This document shows, in pieces, positions 12,801 to 24,499 of a stretch of 64,000 bases of DNA. The number at the start of each line of letters is the position of its first letter. The stretch's first letter is position 1. The position numbers and the translations under genes are program-made. Under the pieces are notes generated by a model, which was given only the letters and a program-made list of their open reading frames with translations, was not told where the DNA came from and did not search any database. The stretch is from Eledone cirrhosa (Eukaryota). The stretch lies in NCBI GenBank assembly GCA_964016885.1, contig OZ024742.1, positions 127,534,001-127,598,000 on the forward strand, written 5' to 3'.

Positions 12801-15800
12801 TGTACTGTCAAAATCGATGGGTTATCATCTTTAAGTCGCTTAAGGAATCCATTGTGTCTCCCTATCATTGCGGGTGTGCCGTCTGTTGCAGATGATGTAA
12901 CGGATGTAATAGGAATTTTGTTTTCTGATAAGTATGACATCACAAGGTGGTATATATCGGAAGCTGTCGTTGAAGTTTCAAAAGCACGACAAAAAAGCAT
13001 TTCCTCTCGAAAAGCATCATTGTCTTGGGATCTGACATATGCCAGAAGTGCAGACCGGCTTCCACAAAAGGTTGACTCATCGAGCTGAAGTGAAAAAGGT
13101 CCTTGAATATATCTGTGAAGCTGCTGTTCCACATCAATGGACATCTCATCAATTTGTCGCCATACTATGTCATTGTTGAGCGACATAAGCTGGACCACTG
13201 AGTCGTCTATGTGATCCATAACAGTTTGTAAAAACACAGAAATGGCTGGTTTAATTAACTGCTCACCTATTGTATGGGGCTTTCCACACTTGGCAATCAA
13301 TTTTGAAAGTTCATAGCTTGCTATTAATGATTTATCCTGTTTTTCAGCTACTTTAGAAAAACATTGAGACAGTGTAGACTGGCAGCAAACTTTCTTTTGA
13401 AGATCTTGGAAGTATGAAAGCAGCTTCAATGAGTTGTCTCCATGCTTCGCATTGAAGTGTTTTAAGAGTTGCCTAGGCCTCATGGGGTCATTGCTCAGTG
13501 TTTGATGACAGAGAAGACACATAGGCAATTGAGAATCATGAGGTGCCTCAATGAAACTGAATTTCAAATAATTGTTGCTATATTGCCTTACTTTCTTCTT
13601 ATTTGATGCCATAAGTAAGATATTTGTCAGCAATCAGATGTTAAATGTCTCCACTGTTATGGCTGATCGTCATATGTGTGAAATGCGATGCGTTAATAAT
13701 GACACAATAGCAGTCGTTTAATCAGGGCAGTCGATATTCATGTGTTGCAGCCACAGGTTGACGTTACATATTGGCCGGAAATTTTCCAGACGTTACGTTC
13801 AAGGTCACTCATTGTGGCTGGATATGCTCGATTAATATCATAGGTCCCCCCGTTGAGAAACACCGCATGAAGATATTCTTGTTAATCATGGCAAGTTAAT
13901 TAAAAAGCTTGCTATGTTTTTTAAATTCTAATTTTCATTTTTCAGGTGAGATTTTTTGCTCTCATTGATTTTACTATAAATGTCTATGTATTATTAATGA
14001 TAGACTAGGGTGGGGGATTGGTAGTATCGGTAGAGGGTCGGACGCCATGCTTTTTGCATAGAGTTACGGCCCTTTATGGTCTGAGTTCAAATCCCACCAA
14101 GGTTATCTTTACCTTTCATCCTTACGGGGTCAATAAAATAAAGTACCATTAATGCACTGGGATAATTGCTGGCCTTGTGCCAAAAGTAGAAATCTTAACT
14201 ATAATAAAGAAAGGAGTGCGGGACTGTGTCCAGAATATATTTTTTTACCCCGTTTGTAAAATAGGTTGGATTACTTTGAATAAATAATTGTTTCTACTTT
14301 TGGCACAAGGCCAGCAATTATCCAGTGTATTACTGGTACTTTATTTTATCGACTCCATAAGGATGAAAGGCAAAGTTAACCTCGGCGGGATTTGAACTCA
14401 GAATGGCAAGGGCCGTAACTCTATGCATCAAAGCATGGTGTCCGACCCTCTACCGATACTGCCAATCCACTGCCCTTCTTTGACTAAATAATGAATGAAT
14501 ATTACATAATTTATGTGCTAAATTTCGTGGCTGTTGATTAAATATATTTTATAGCTTATTTAAAGATTCACTTCTTTAAAATTTTCAAATGTCAACACTT
14601 CCGGTTATAAAAATATCACATATATTTCCGTCGCTAATTTTCTCCTAATGCAGTGTATATATAATATCGTCTTTTTTTAAAATGTATCATGGATTTACTT
14701 TACTGATTACAGAAGACTGTGTAATATAGACTTCGTTCAATTTCTGTGTATATTGTCAATTACGATTTTATTTGATGTATCATAGCTACATGCATATATA
14801 TTTGTGTATAATATCAATATACACACTACACATGCTAGCAGAAACCATCCGAGGGTGGTTTTTCTGCTAGTAATTATTAATGATAGACTTATAGATATCT
14901 ATTTATTTATTGTGTGAAGAAAAAACATATGAAATAGAATGGGCAAATATATTCCCTAAATTCTCTGTATCTCAATTTCTACCAGTTTCATTCCAAAATA
15001 AGGGATAAGTGTCTTAACGCTATTATTCTTATTCTACTTTAATCTAGTTTAAGCTTTGAGAATTTATATCTTTACGATCAGTACAAAGTGTTAATAGTTA
15101 CTTCCTTTTGGGGACTTTTTTTATATTTCAGATCCGAGTTGATGGTAAAATTAATAAAATATCTGAGGAAGAATCAGAAAAGTATTTTCACCAAAGACCC
15201 CGAGACAGCCAGCTTGGTGCTCTGGTCAGTAAACAGAGTTCAGTGATACCAAGTCGAGAAGTATGTTATTTTTTTTTTTTTGTGTGTGAAGCCGTGTGGC
15301 TAAGTGGTTAGGGTATGTGGCTCAAGATTATAAGGTTGTGAGTTTGATTTCGAGAGGCTCATTGTGTCCTTGAGCAACACACTTTATTTTACATTGCTCT
15401 AGTCCACTTAGCTGGCAAATGTGTTGTACTTGTAATTTGAAGAGCCAGCCTTGTCACATTCTGTCATGCTGAATCTCCTTGAGAACCTTGTTAGGAGGAA
15501 TACTCAACCATTTCCATGTTAATTTCATGGACAGTATGTTCTGTTGATTGTATCAACTGGAACACTTGTCGTCATAACTGATAGTGCCAGATTTTATTCT
15601 CAATTTTACATTCTCCCATTTCTGGAAATTATAAAATAAAAAATTCAGTATATTAATGAACTATTGTGCTTCCATGCATATAATTAGTTTTATATTAATT
15701 ATTTTGTTTTCATATGATTATCAATTATATATTTTTCATATCTCTTACCTTGGTTCTTATTCTAAATTAGAGATGTTGATCAGAACAAACCACAGCTTCA

Positions 15801-18800
15801 TTGTAGCAGTATATTCATTCTTTCAAAAAAGACTTTGATAAAATCTTTTTAGATTTGTTGTATGATCAAGTAGGTCAGTTAATAGTAAAGAATTTTAGTA
15901 AAATTTTGTTCAGTGAAAAATGTATTTGGAGCAAAATATCTAATTCTAATCAGTAGGTGTAATTTCAAGCTATAATTACAAATCATAATTGATATGAATA
16001 ATAAAGATAGTTCAGAATATTTACTGCAGGAACAAGTTAATAATATAAGAAGTAGAATTAAAAGAGTTTATCTCCATAGGAGGAAGATAATATGAAAAAA
16101 AGTGTGATATGATATGGCTATTCCCTAGTTATATATGTATTTTGAAAGTATTTGGATTGGAATAAGTTCAGTATGAGCTATTGGACATGCAATATTAACA
16201 TATAGCATGTACTAATCAAATAGGTACAAAGATGTCCTCCTGACAACTATCTGAACAGTTCATAGTTTTCTCTTTAAATTTACTGTTTCTAGCTATTCTA
16301 CGTCCTCTGATACACTTAATTTTAATTCTCAGTTAGTTTATCTTATACCAGATATTTCATTGTAGCTTTTCTGTATCCATTATTCACAGTATTAAGCTTC
16401 TGCAAAATGCCTTCTTGATTTCTGTATTAGATCACTTCTCTGTTATTGCTAAATATGTTTGAGGTTTCTGTTACAAATTATTCCTTTAGTTTTGGCCATG
16501 TTAGTCTGAATTACTAAGTTGTTACGACATTTAACAACAAGTCCAAATGTCTGCAGTTTGTATCCTGCCCCCTGCACTATATTTTTTCTGTAGCGAAGGC
16601 ATCCCACCTATCTCTAAATAAGTTTCAAAAGGTAGTATGAATCAAAACTTTAGGAACATCACTATAAATTTGATGTTGTTTCATTATCATTCAGTCCTCA
16701 TGTGGGGTTGAGAGAAGACAATGAGAAAACGCTGCAGTGTATTCCTGTATTCAGTAGAGCTTATTGTCCATGTAGCTACAGGATTAATTACCACTGCTGT
16801 CATCACCACCACCATCATCACACCATCACCATTTTAACTCCAGCTCCAGTCCTAGTCATAAAGATTCGAACAATCATGTAGTTTCAACGTATTTTAAAAA
16901 CTGATACTATAATATTATTGCTCCAACAATTCATACAAATGCTTGGATTTTTTAGAATCATGTAATTCATTCCAGCAGGAAAAAAAAATAGTATAAAATT
17001 TTACAAAAAATGATTTTGTTTGGCATGTTGGTATTGTGATTTGCTTTATTCATTTCATTTTTGTTCTCTGATGAGAGGGTTTATGAAGTGATAGGAAGAA
17101 GAGTGCACCAATTAGACCACAGTATTTTGTTTTCTTCCAAGGTTGGCTTTGCCATTCATTCTTCTAAGATCAATGAAATAAGTATCACTTATGTGTTAAA
17201 GTGTTATTTAGTCAACTTCAGTAAAGAAATAGAAGTTTCTAGCTTTGTGCTAATGTAAAACAAAAACCATTATTTGATGAAAAATAAAACATACAGATCC
17301 AACAAATTTCTTACATTTTGCTGATATTTTCCACAGTAAGAGTTTATTTAAATTTAGATAAAAATGTATTGTTTTTCTTTTCTAAATATCTTGTGTTGTT
17401 TACTTTTTAGTATTTGATCAATAATTATGCTGAAGTGAAAAAGAAATATGAAAATACAGAATTGATTCCCAAACCAAAATACTGGTATGTTGCTGTTGAT
17501 TTGTATGAGAGATAAACTGAATTTGAATAAATGAAGTTTCAATAACAACATTGAAAAAGCTTAAATATACATTGTTTAATGTAATGATGCACATGTTATG
17601 ACTGACTTCCTCAGTGTAGTTCTCTTGCCAAATATTTAATATTTTAAGTACTCCAGATACATTTCCCACAACACAAAGAGCAAGTTCGAATAACTCATCA
17701 AGTCTAGGTGGTACGACTCATCAATTTTACATTGCAGCAGTAAACTATATTGCTGTGTTGCTTAAGTTTACATAGATTTACCCAGTTAAAGTTAAGTGTC
17801 ATAGTCTAGGACACTAAGTACAAGGGTAGCTCTACAATGTACACTTCCTTCTCGCAATTATGCACTCCATTCTCCCAAATAAAATAATTTTAACTTACAG
17901 TTTGGCAAGCTGAAAGATCTACTTTTTGACACTTCTTGTTTTAACTACACTTTAAAAATGACTAAGTTTGCGTTTTCTACTACACAGTCCACACCAAGTT
18001 ATGTGGCAGGTCATATCACCATACAACACTCTCCATTGCTTTGGATATTTTTACAACACTGCTCTGCAGCAAAGATGGTTAGCAATAAATTTATTGATTG
18101 TTAACATTTGATATGTAATTCGATTATACAATTATCTATAAAACTGTGATCCTTTAAGGTTCAGTAATGAACCTTTGTGAGGTTTGCACCCTCGTTAACC
18201 TCAGTAATGCATTTGAGGTGTTCACCCTTGACAGCTGCCTTGTTAACCTCAGTAATGCACCTTTTTAAGGTTTGCACTCTTGACAGCTGCCTAGTAAACC
18301 TAATGGTAATGTTAGTCTTGTGTAGTACAATGTAGCATTGTATTCTTATATATCTACAGCATTGAATTCTTATATATCTGAAGAAATCATCTTAAATATT
18401 CAGCTCCAGAGCAGATTCTTCCAAACTGTGCTTGCCACCTTATCAATAGATCTTAGTTCTGGTTCTGATTATAATGGCTAGTTTAAAATTCCATGTTAAA
18501 TCCATTATACATGTAAGAGATGGGTGTAAACAGTAATATTATTATCCAAGATATAAGGTCGCTGGAGTGGTAAAAATGGCAGTGTTGGATGCTTTACAGT
18601 ATTTTATGATATGCTTCTATATTTTGGGCTGAAATCTTATTAGAATTGACTTCATATTTCATCTCTCAAGGATCAACGGAATAAAACTGCATTAATGGAA
18701 AAAAAAATTATTATACAAGCTGAAAATAGTAGAGAGCAATATTTAATGCTTTGCTGCATTTCGTTACATTTTGAGTTCAGATACCATTGCCTTTTATCCC

Positions 18801-19117
18801 TTTGAGAATCAGTAAACCAATTGCTGGCTAAATTTAGTGGAATACTTCCACTGACTCCTTACAAATTTGTGGTCTTTTGCTAATGTTAGAAATCATTATT
18901 ATTTCCTTTGTAGCTATTGGAACAATGAATGAAATAATTTTGTTATTACAGGGGCGGCTACTTTGTGAAACCAAATATAATTGAGTTTTGGCAAGGACAG
19001 ACGAACAGGCTACACGATAGATTACAATTTCGGCAAAAGTTACCAAATGAAATAATAGATTCCGAGCTTATTCATGAAGGTGAAGGCAATTGGGTCATTG
19101 AAAGACTTTCACCCTGA
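3375..19117 (+). CDS. PNPO: Pyridoxine/pyridoxamine 5'-phosphate oxidase, multi-exon; true start may be upstream
   Basis: GT-AG exons in consistent phase: 3373-3529 ([51 protein letters not shown]), 8600-8699 ([33 protein letters not shown]), 11966-12019 ([18 protein letters not shown]), 15132-15260 ([43 protein letters not shown]), 17411-17484 ([25 protein letters not shown]), 18952-19117 ([26 protein letters not shown]...WVIERLSP*). EFWQG..RLHDR and RLSP are PNPO signatures. Candidate AATAAA at 19801. Confidence 0.96.
3972..4490. repeat. Compound (CAC/CAT/TAC)n trinucleotide repeat with 15-bp higher-order period
   Basis: CACCACCACTACCAT / CACCACCACTACTAT units; source of the poly-Thr/His ORFs. 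Confidence 0.95.
4701..4751 (-). ncRNA. Type I hammerhead ribozyme, intact core
   Basis: Minus strand: AGCTTC-CTGATGA-TTTCTCATGAAT-GAA-ACAG-TTCTAGTC-CTGT-A-GAAGCT (stem I 6 bp, stem III ACAG/CTGT, GUA triplet). Confidence 0.8.
5680..6909. repeat. Compound (TA)n/(TG)n/(TATG)n microsatellite
   Basis: About 1.2 kb of alternating dinucleotides with a short unique island at 6324-6390. Confidence 0.97.
6910..7781 (+). mobile_element. Internally deleted Tc1/mariner transposon, DD37D (maT) type
   Basis: 27-bp TIRs CA(C/G)GGTGCGGACGATATTTGTTCGCAA with TA on both sides. Transposase remnant [10 protein letters not shown]...[17 protein letters not shown] has 37 residues between the second and third Asp. 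Confidence 0.92.
8353..8403 (+). ncRNA. Type I hammerhead ribozyme, stem III disrupted
   Basis: AGCTTC-CTGATGA-TTTCTCACGAAT-GAA-ACAT-TTCTAGTT-CTAT-A-GAAGCT; two stem III mismatches relative to 4701-4751. Confidence 0.6.
10645..11030 (-). mobile_element. CR1/L2-group LINE reverse transcriptase 3' fragment
   Basis: [21 protein letters not shown]...[18 protein letters not shown] matches the LYxxxVRPHLEY motif. Confidence 0.75.
12113..12309. mobile_element. piggyBac-like MITE
   Basis: TTAA-CCCTTTAGCATTTA...TAAATGCTAAAGGG-TTAA. Further copies at 40060-40252, 41091-41270, 42116-42295, 56900-57117 and a partial one at ~47550-47710. Confidence 0.85.
12402..13865 (-). mobile_element. hAT transposon (Buster/Charlie, ZBED5/ZBED8-like transposase), C-terminally deleted
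   Basis: ORF 12419-13612: BED finger ([12 protein letters not shown]...LLKHFNAKH), [39 protein letters not shown]. Imperfect TIRs CCTAGGTTCTCA / CGGTGTTTCTCAAC; 8-bp TSD CTTGAAGA / CATGAAGA. Confidence 0.9.
14007..14192 (+). mobile_element. tRNA-derived SINE (Meta/MESC-like core)
   Basis: B-box GAGTTCAAATCC, core CTTTCATCCTTACGGGGTCAATAAAATAAAGTACC; TSD ATTATTAATGATAGACT at 13990-14006 and 14873-14889. Confidence 0.8.
14193..14869 (+). mobile_element. Non-autonomous Helitron-like element containing a second SINE (~14289-14477, -)
   Basis: Starts TCTTAACTATAATAAAG after A and ends CTGCTAG before T. A related 5' end at 22459 shows the SINE-empty site. Confidence 0.7.
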
Positions 19118-21294
19118 ATCAACAAAGAAGGATTATATTATTATTTCTATGTAAAATATGAATTAGTCTGGAAGAGAAATTTAGTGTGGTTATAAAGTTG
19201 ACAAATTTATGAGATTTTAATTTCCAGGTTGTCACCTTCATTGGTCTTGGTTTTAAAAAACTAAATAACTGTATAGCACAATTTAAAATATATATATATT
19301 TTCTAATAATTACATATGCTAATCCCATAAACATTATATATTATTCTTTTCAATTGGTGAGCTTATTTCTAGTTGTTTAGCCCCAGGTCAGTTCTGAGAG
19401 CAAACCTATGATTAATGTATTAAAGCCTTCTTTTCTCAGTCATTGCATATCAAGGGCTACATTATTCAATGTGACCCCTGGCTGCTGTTTTCAGCAGGTT
19501 GAATTTTTCCTTCCCACCAAGGATACCTTGTAAATTTAATAGATAACTTATCAATTTATTAGATAGTAAACTTGTAAATTTAATAGATAATTAAGCATTT
19601 ATGTTTTATTCTTCTTAATTATTTTTATTTCTTTTATTACTGTTTAAACACAATTAGGGAATTTCTGTTAACCAAGGGGTTAAGGGTTCATATCTTATCA
19701 CCAACTTCATACAAAGATACTTAACACTCAATGATGCTACTCACATCTATAAGTAATGAGTAGCAATGCTTACCCAGGGAAAAGGGACTCTCTACGACTT
19801 AATAAATTCAACATTTTTTGTTAATAATTGCAATTTTACTTGTTAAAACCTCTGGTAGGCTTCATACTTGTCACATAGTCCTTTTTGAGGTGATGTACCA
19901 ATTCTGAACCAGAATTATAGAAATAAATTTTTAAAAAAAGGTAAATTTTGTGTTTGTTATGATGTCTCTTTCAATTTGTGGTATATATGAAGATTAGAAA
20001 GATTTTAGAAGAGTTTATAAAACCTGAAATGTAAGATCAGGTTTCAAACAAAGAAATCAACATTTGCAGTCAGCAACCATATTTAATTGAAAAGAAAAGA
20101 AATAAAGAATGAGAGGGGGGGGGGGGGGGATAGAAAAAAGAAGTAAATTAAAAATATCCACACCACAATGTACAAAAATTGACCAACAATTGACTTTAAC
20201 AGATGCAGTAAAGTAGAACATTGGGTGATAGATTTACACTAAATGACTTAACTACATACAGATGTGGAACATTGGGTTATAGATGTACACTAAAAGACTT
20301 ACGGTACTACCTACAGATGCAGTGAAGTAGAGCATCAAGTCATAGATGTACACTGAAAGACCTATAGATTATATAATAATTGTTTGTACTATACTGATGG
20401 CAGCTAGATGTTAGGTCTTGAGTGTAGAAGATTTGTAGCAGCTAAAAAGAAATAAGGCATGCATGCTGGAGGTGTAACATTAGTGTATATGAACACAAGT
20501 GAACTGTGAGAAAATCTGAGTATAAGAGGAATTGAATGTAGCATTCAAGGAGGAGGATTTTGTTGGTATGGTCATGTGATGGCTTAAGGAGAGTGAGAGC
20601 TGTATAAAAAAAAAAAAAAGGTGTCAAGTTCTTGAAGTGAATGTAATCTGTAGAAGATTTAGACACAAGAAGATATGGGATAAAGTTGTGAAGAGTGACT
20701 TCAAAAAACTGAACCTCATGAAGATGATACAGGATTGTATCGACTGTTGACTGACTGTACTAGGAAAGCCCAGTCCACCAGTACTAAGGCTGAAAAACTA
20801 AAATTAAATGTGGTGAGTGATCAGTGACCACATTATGGAGTGGAGAAATTTCTTGATCTGTAGAGGATGAAATCTCTCTAGTGTTTCTGTCAATATACAA
20901 CATATTCAGTACCCCCACTCCTAAACATAGGAAATATAGAGATCCTACTTTGGTGTTGCTACTACAATAAAATGTACCTAATTCACTTTGTAAAGCAATT
21001 GGTGATAGAATAGAGACAGTGTAGGGTAGCAAGGACTTTTCAGACTGGCTTAATATGACAACCTTGCTAGTGCTGTGACCACAATAAAATGTATCCACTA
21101 CATTCTGTAAAGTGGTAGTGCTGGTGCCATAACAAAATGCTCCCATTACACTATGTAAAGTAGTTGGCATTACAAATGGCATACAGTTGTAGAAATCATG
21201 CCAAAAATGGAGATATGGTTTTTTGACCAGTGTAGAGTCAGACTAGCAACTTGTCCAACCCATGCCAGCATGGAAAGTGGACACAAAATGATAA

Positions 21295-21925
21295 TCTATA
21301 TATATATATAACTGATGATGTCTGTTTGTGTGTGTGTGTCTGTGAGTTTGAATCCCTAAAACTCGAGAAGTACCCAACCGATTTTTTTCGAACTTTACAT
21401 GTGTATTATTTATGTTTCAGGGAGTGTTATGCACATAAAATAATTCAACTTTGATCCCTTAGGTGAAAAACTGCGTTTTTTCAGTTTTTTAGGGTTTTTT
21501 TGAGGCGTTACGTCAGACCGATTTCCTTGAAATTGTAACTATGTATTAGACAGTCTCTTCTTCATACCGTGAGCAAAGAAAATCCAACTTTTTTATGGTC
21601 TAGGGTCCGCATGAGATGAAAAACTTCATCATTTCAGCTTTTTAGAGCTTTTTTGAGGCGTTACGTCTAGCCGATTTTCCCGAAATTTCAAGGCAAATTA
21701 TGCACATAAAAAAAATTCTTCTTGCTACCCTAGGGCTCGCATTAGGTGAAAACCTGCATTTTTCCTGCTTCATCAAGGAAAATCTTAAAGATTATCCAGC
21801 CATCAGAGTATTCGGTTTATTTTCTTTACATATTATCCAGGCATGCTGTTTTTCCACGATTAGGTCTGTTGGCGGCCCGCGTTCCAAAATACCTTATCCC
21901 GTGCAACGCCGAGTACCACTGCTAG
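21295..21925 (+). mobile_element. Non-autonomous Helitron-like element
   Basis: 5' TCTATATATATATATAAC..GTCTGT(GT)n; 3' CCCGTGCAACGCCGAG hairpin then CTAG|T; internal ~156-bp duplication. Confidence 0.7.
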
Positions 21926-22283
21926 TATATATATAGTAAAACCTACTACAGCCAGTAGGTATCTCTAACAAAATACCCCCCCACCCCATCCACACCACCC
22001 CGTTCTATGTAAAGTTATGTTGGTGCCACACCAGGCCGAAACAAATGAGATCGTGTAGGTGTCACGAAAAAAAAAACACACAGTCCACGCTGTAATGTGG
22101 CCGTGTAGGCAACACGGTAAAAACCTCCCAGACCCACACTGTAAATGTGGTTGGTGTTAGGAAGGGCATCCAACTGTAGAAAACCTGCCAGACAGTCCTA
22201 TGCGAGCAAGACAATCACTCTTGCCTCAAGTGGGACTACCCCCGTCCAAACCCATGCAAGCGTGGAACACGGACGTTAAACGT

Positions 22284-22314
<31 letters not shown>

Positions 22315-22419
22315 ATTCGTGTACAGTTATTTTTGCATACACAATAACAAAATATAAACAAACCTATTTATTTCACGAGGCTCAATAAGGATAAATATAT
22401 ATCAAATATATAAGAACCC

Positions 22420-22665
22420 TAGAGCAAATCCCGAGCAATGCTGGGCCATTCTGCTAGTCTTAACTATAATGAAAAGAGGAGTGCGGGACAGCATCCAGAA
22501 TATATTTTTTAATCTCATAAGTTGGATTACTTTGAATAGATGATGAATAAATATTACATAATTTATCTAATAAATTTTGTAACAAATGATTAATCATAAA
22601 TAATTTTATTGCATATTTCAAGATTCACTTCTTTTAAAAGATTCAAATTTCAATACTTCCGGTGT
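22420..22665 (+). mobile_element. Helitron 3' end directly followed by a Helitron 5' end
   Basis: CCCGAGCAATGCTGGG...CTGCTAG followed by TCTTAACTATAATG..., homologous to 14193 onward. Confidence 0.6.
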
Positions 22666-23408
22666 ATCGCTACAACCACCACCATATATATATATATTTA
22701 AAGGTTAAACAAGGTTCAATGAATAAATCAAAGAATGAGTTTTACAATAGATTGGAAGCACTCAACAAAGACGGTTTTCCGAAGTTATTAATATTAATTC
22801 AAAATATTAACAAAAATAGACATTCGTGTGATCAAGTTTATTTTATTATACATATTTCAGAGGTACTGAGCTATCTTCAACAGTACGTCCTCATCGGATA
22901 AAATAAGATGATGCATGACATACCCTGACATAGTAGATGGTTAAGATTCAGTTATGGTAGTGAATATGATATGACAAAACTCAATATTTATATACCTTAA
23001 GATTGAGACATGAGTGCTTTGTATCAGTTATAAAAATGTTTAAGCTTGTTGAATCCCAACAAATTAAATATAACCTCTGCATATATATATATATATATAT
23101 ATATATGCAAGTATGTATGTATGTATACATACATACATATATGTATACAGACGTACAGTAGTATGTATGTATATACATACATGCACACATATATATATAC
23201 ACATATCGGTTTACCGAACATTTATTATAATGCTCGGTTTGTTTGTTTGTAAACAAACAAACAGCCCGAATTACGCCGTACAGTGTTTAGGCAACCACGT
23301 CACCTTTTTGTTCAACACTGACACAGGAACTGAACTCACTCGATATGCAAATTAGGCTGCTCAGCCATAATATGCATAAGGAAAGTATACTTTCAGACGT
23401 TCAACCAT

Positions 23409-23477
23409 CTGGCAGGAAGGTATACGATGCTGACGATAGCTAATAAGCTTGAAACTAGTACATCGTTCCTGTGTCAG
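23409..23477 (+). ncRNA. Minimal type I hammerhead ribozyme
   Basis: CAGGAA-GGTAT-ACGATG-CTGACGA-TAGCT-AATA-AGCTT-GAAACTAGTA-CATCGT-TCCTG; palindromic ACTAGT stem III; GUA triplet ends at 23460. Confidence 0.85.
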
Positions 23478-23831
23478 TGTTGAACAAAAAGGTGACGTGG
23501 TTGCCTAAACACTGTACGGCGTAATTCGGGCTGTTTGTTTGTTTACAAACAAACAAACCGAGCATTATAATAAATGTTCGGTAAACTGATACGTGCATAT
23601 ATATATGTGTGTGCATGTATGTATATATATACATACTACTGTACGTCTGTATACATATATGTATGTACGTATACATACATACTTGCATTTTGAGAAATGA
23701 AATTTCGTTTCATTCTATTCCATTTATCGTTTTCGGTGTGCCCAGCCGACTGAACTCACTCGATATGCAAATTAGGCTGTTCAGCCGTTAATATGCATAA
23801 GGAAGGTATATACTTTCAGACGTTCAACCAT

Positions 23832-23900
23832 CTGGCAGGAAGGTATACGATGCTGACGATAGCTAATAAGCTTGAAACTAGTACATCGTTCCTGTGTCAG
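23832..23900 (+). ncRNA. Minimal type I hammerhead ribozyme, second copy
   Basis: Identical to 23409-23477; GUA triplet ends at 23883. Confidence 0.85.
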
Positions 23901-24499
23901 TGTTGAACAAAAAGGTGACGTGGTTGCCTAAACACAGTACGGCGTAATTCGGGCTGTTTGTTTGTTTACAAACAAACAAACCGAGCATTATAATAAATGT
24001 TCGGTAAACTGATACGTGCATATATATATGTGTGCATGTATATATATATATACATACTACTGTACGTCTGTATACATATATGTATGTACGTATACATACA
24101 TACATACTTGCATTTAAGTAAGTGCCGTACTAAGAGTGAGAAATGAAATTTCGTTTCATTCTATTCCATATATCTTTCTCTCTCTATATATATATAGAAG
24201 ACCCGACTTCCCACTGGAACAAGCCGAACCTGATGCATATAGACAATATACCCCCTCCTACTGCAAAGTGGTCGTGTAGGTGCCATGCCAAAAAAGCACC
24301 CAGTACTCACTGTAAATGAGGTTGGTGTTAGGAAGAGCATCCAGCTGTAGAAATCAAGCCAGAATCAGTTCCTGTATGAGCAAGACAAAGTCAGCCGACT
24401 GGTCACTGCCCACAACAGAACAACCCGTCTAACCCATGCTAGTGTGGAAGAAAGGACGTAAAACGGTGGTGATGATGATGATATATATATATAGAGAGG

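Larger units (their letters stand above)
23106..24170 (+). mobile_element. Retrozyme-like / Penelope-derived non-coding tandem repeat (423-bp unit) with inverted 5' arm
   Basis: Direct repeats from 23329 and 23749. Hammerhead cores at 23430 and 23853. 23106-23330 is the reverse complement of 23465-23687. Confidence 0.8.

Noticed and set aside
14007-14100. tRNA gene suggested by GGTTCAAATCC-type B-boxes (also 3757 and 29712)
   Set aside because: These are SINE heads followed by SINE body and TSDs; no complete cloverleaf.
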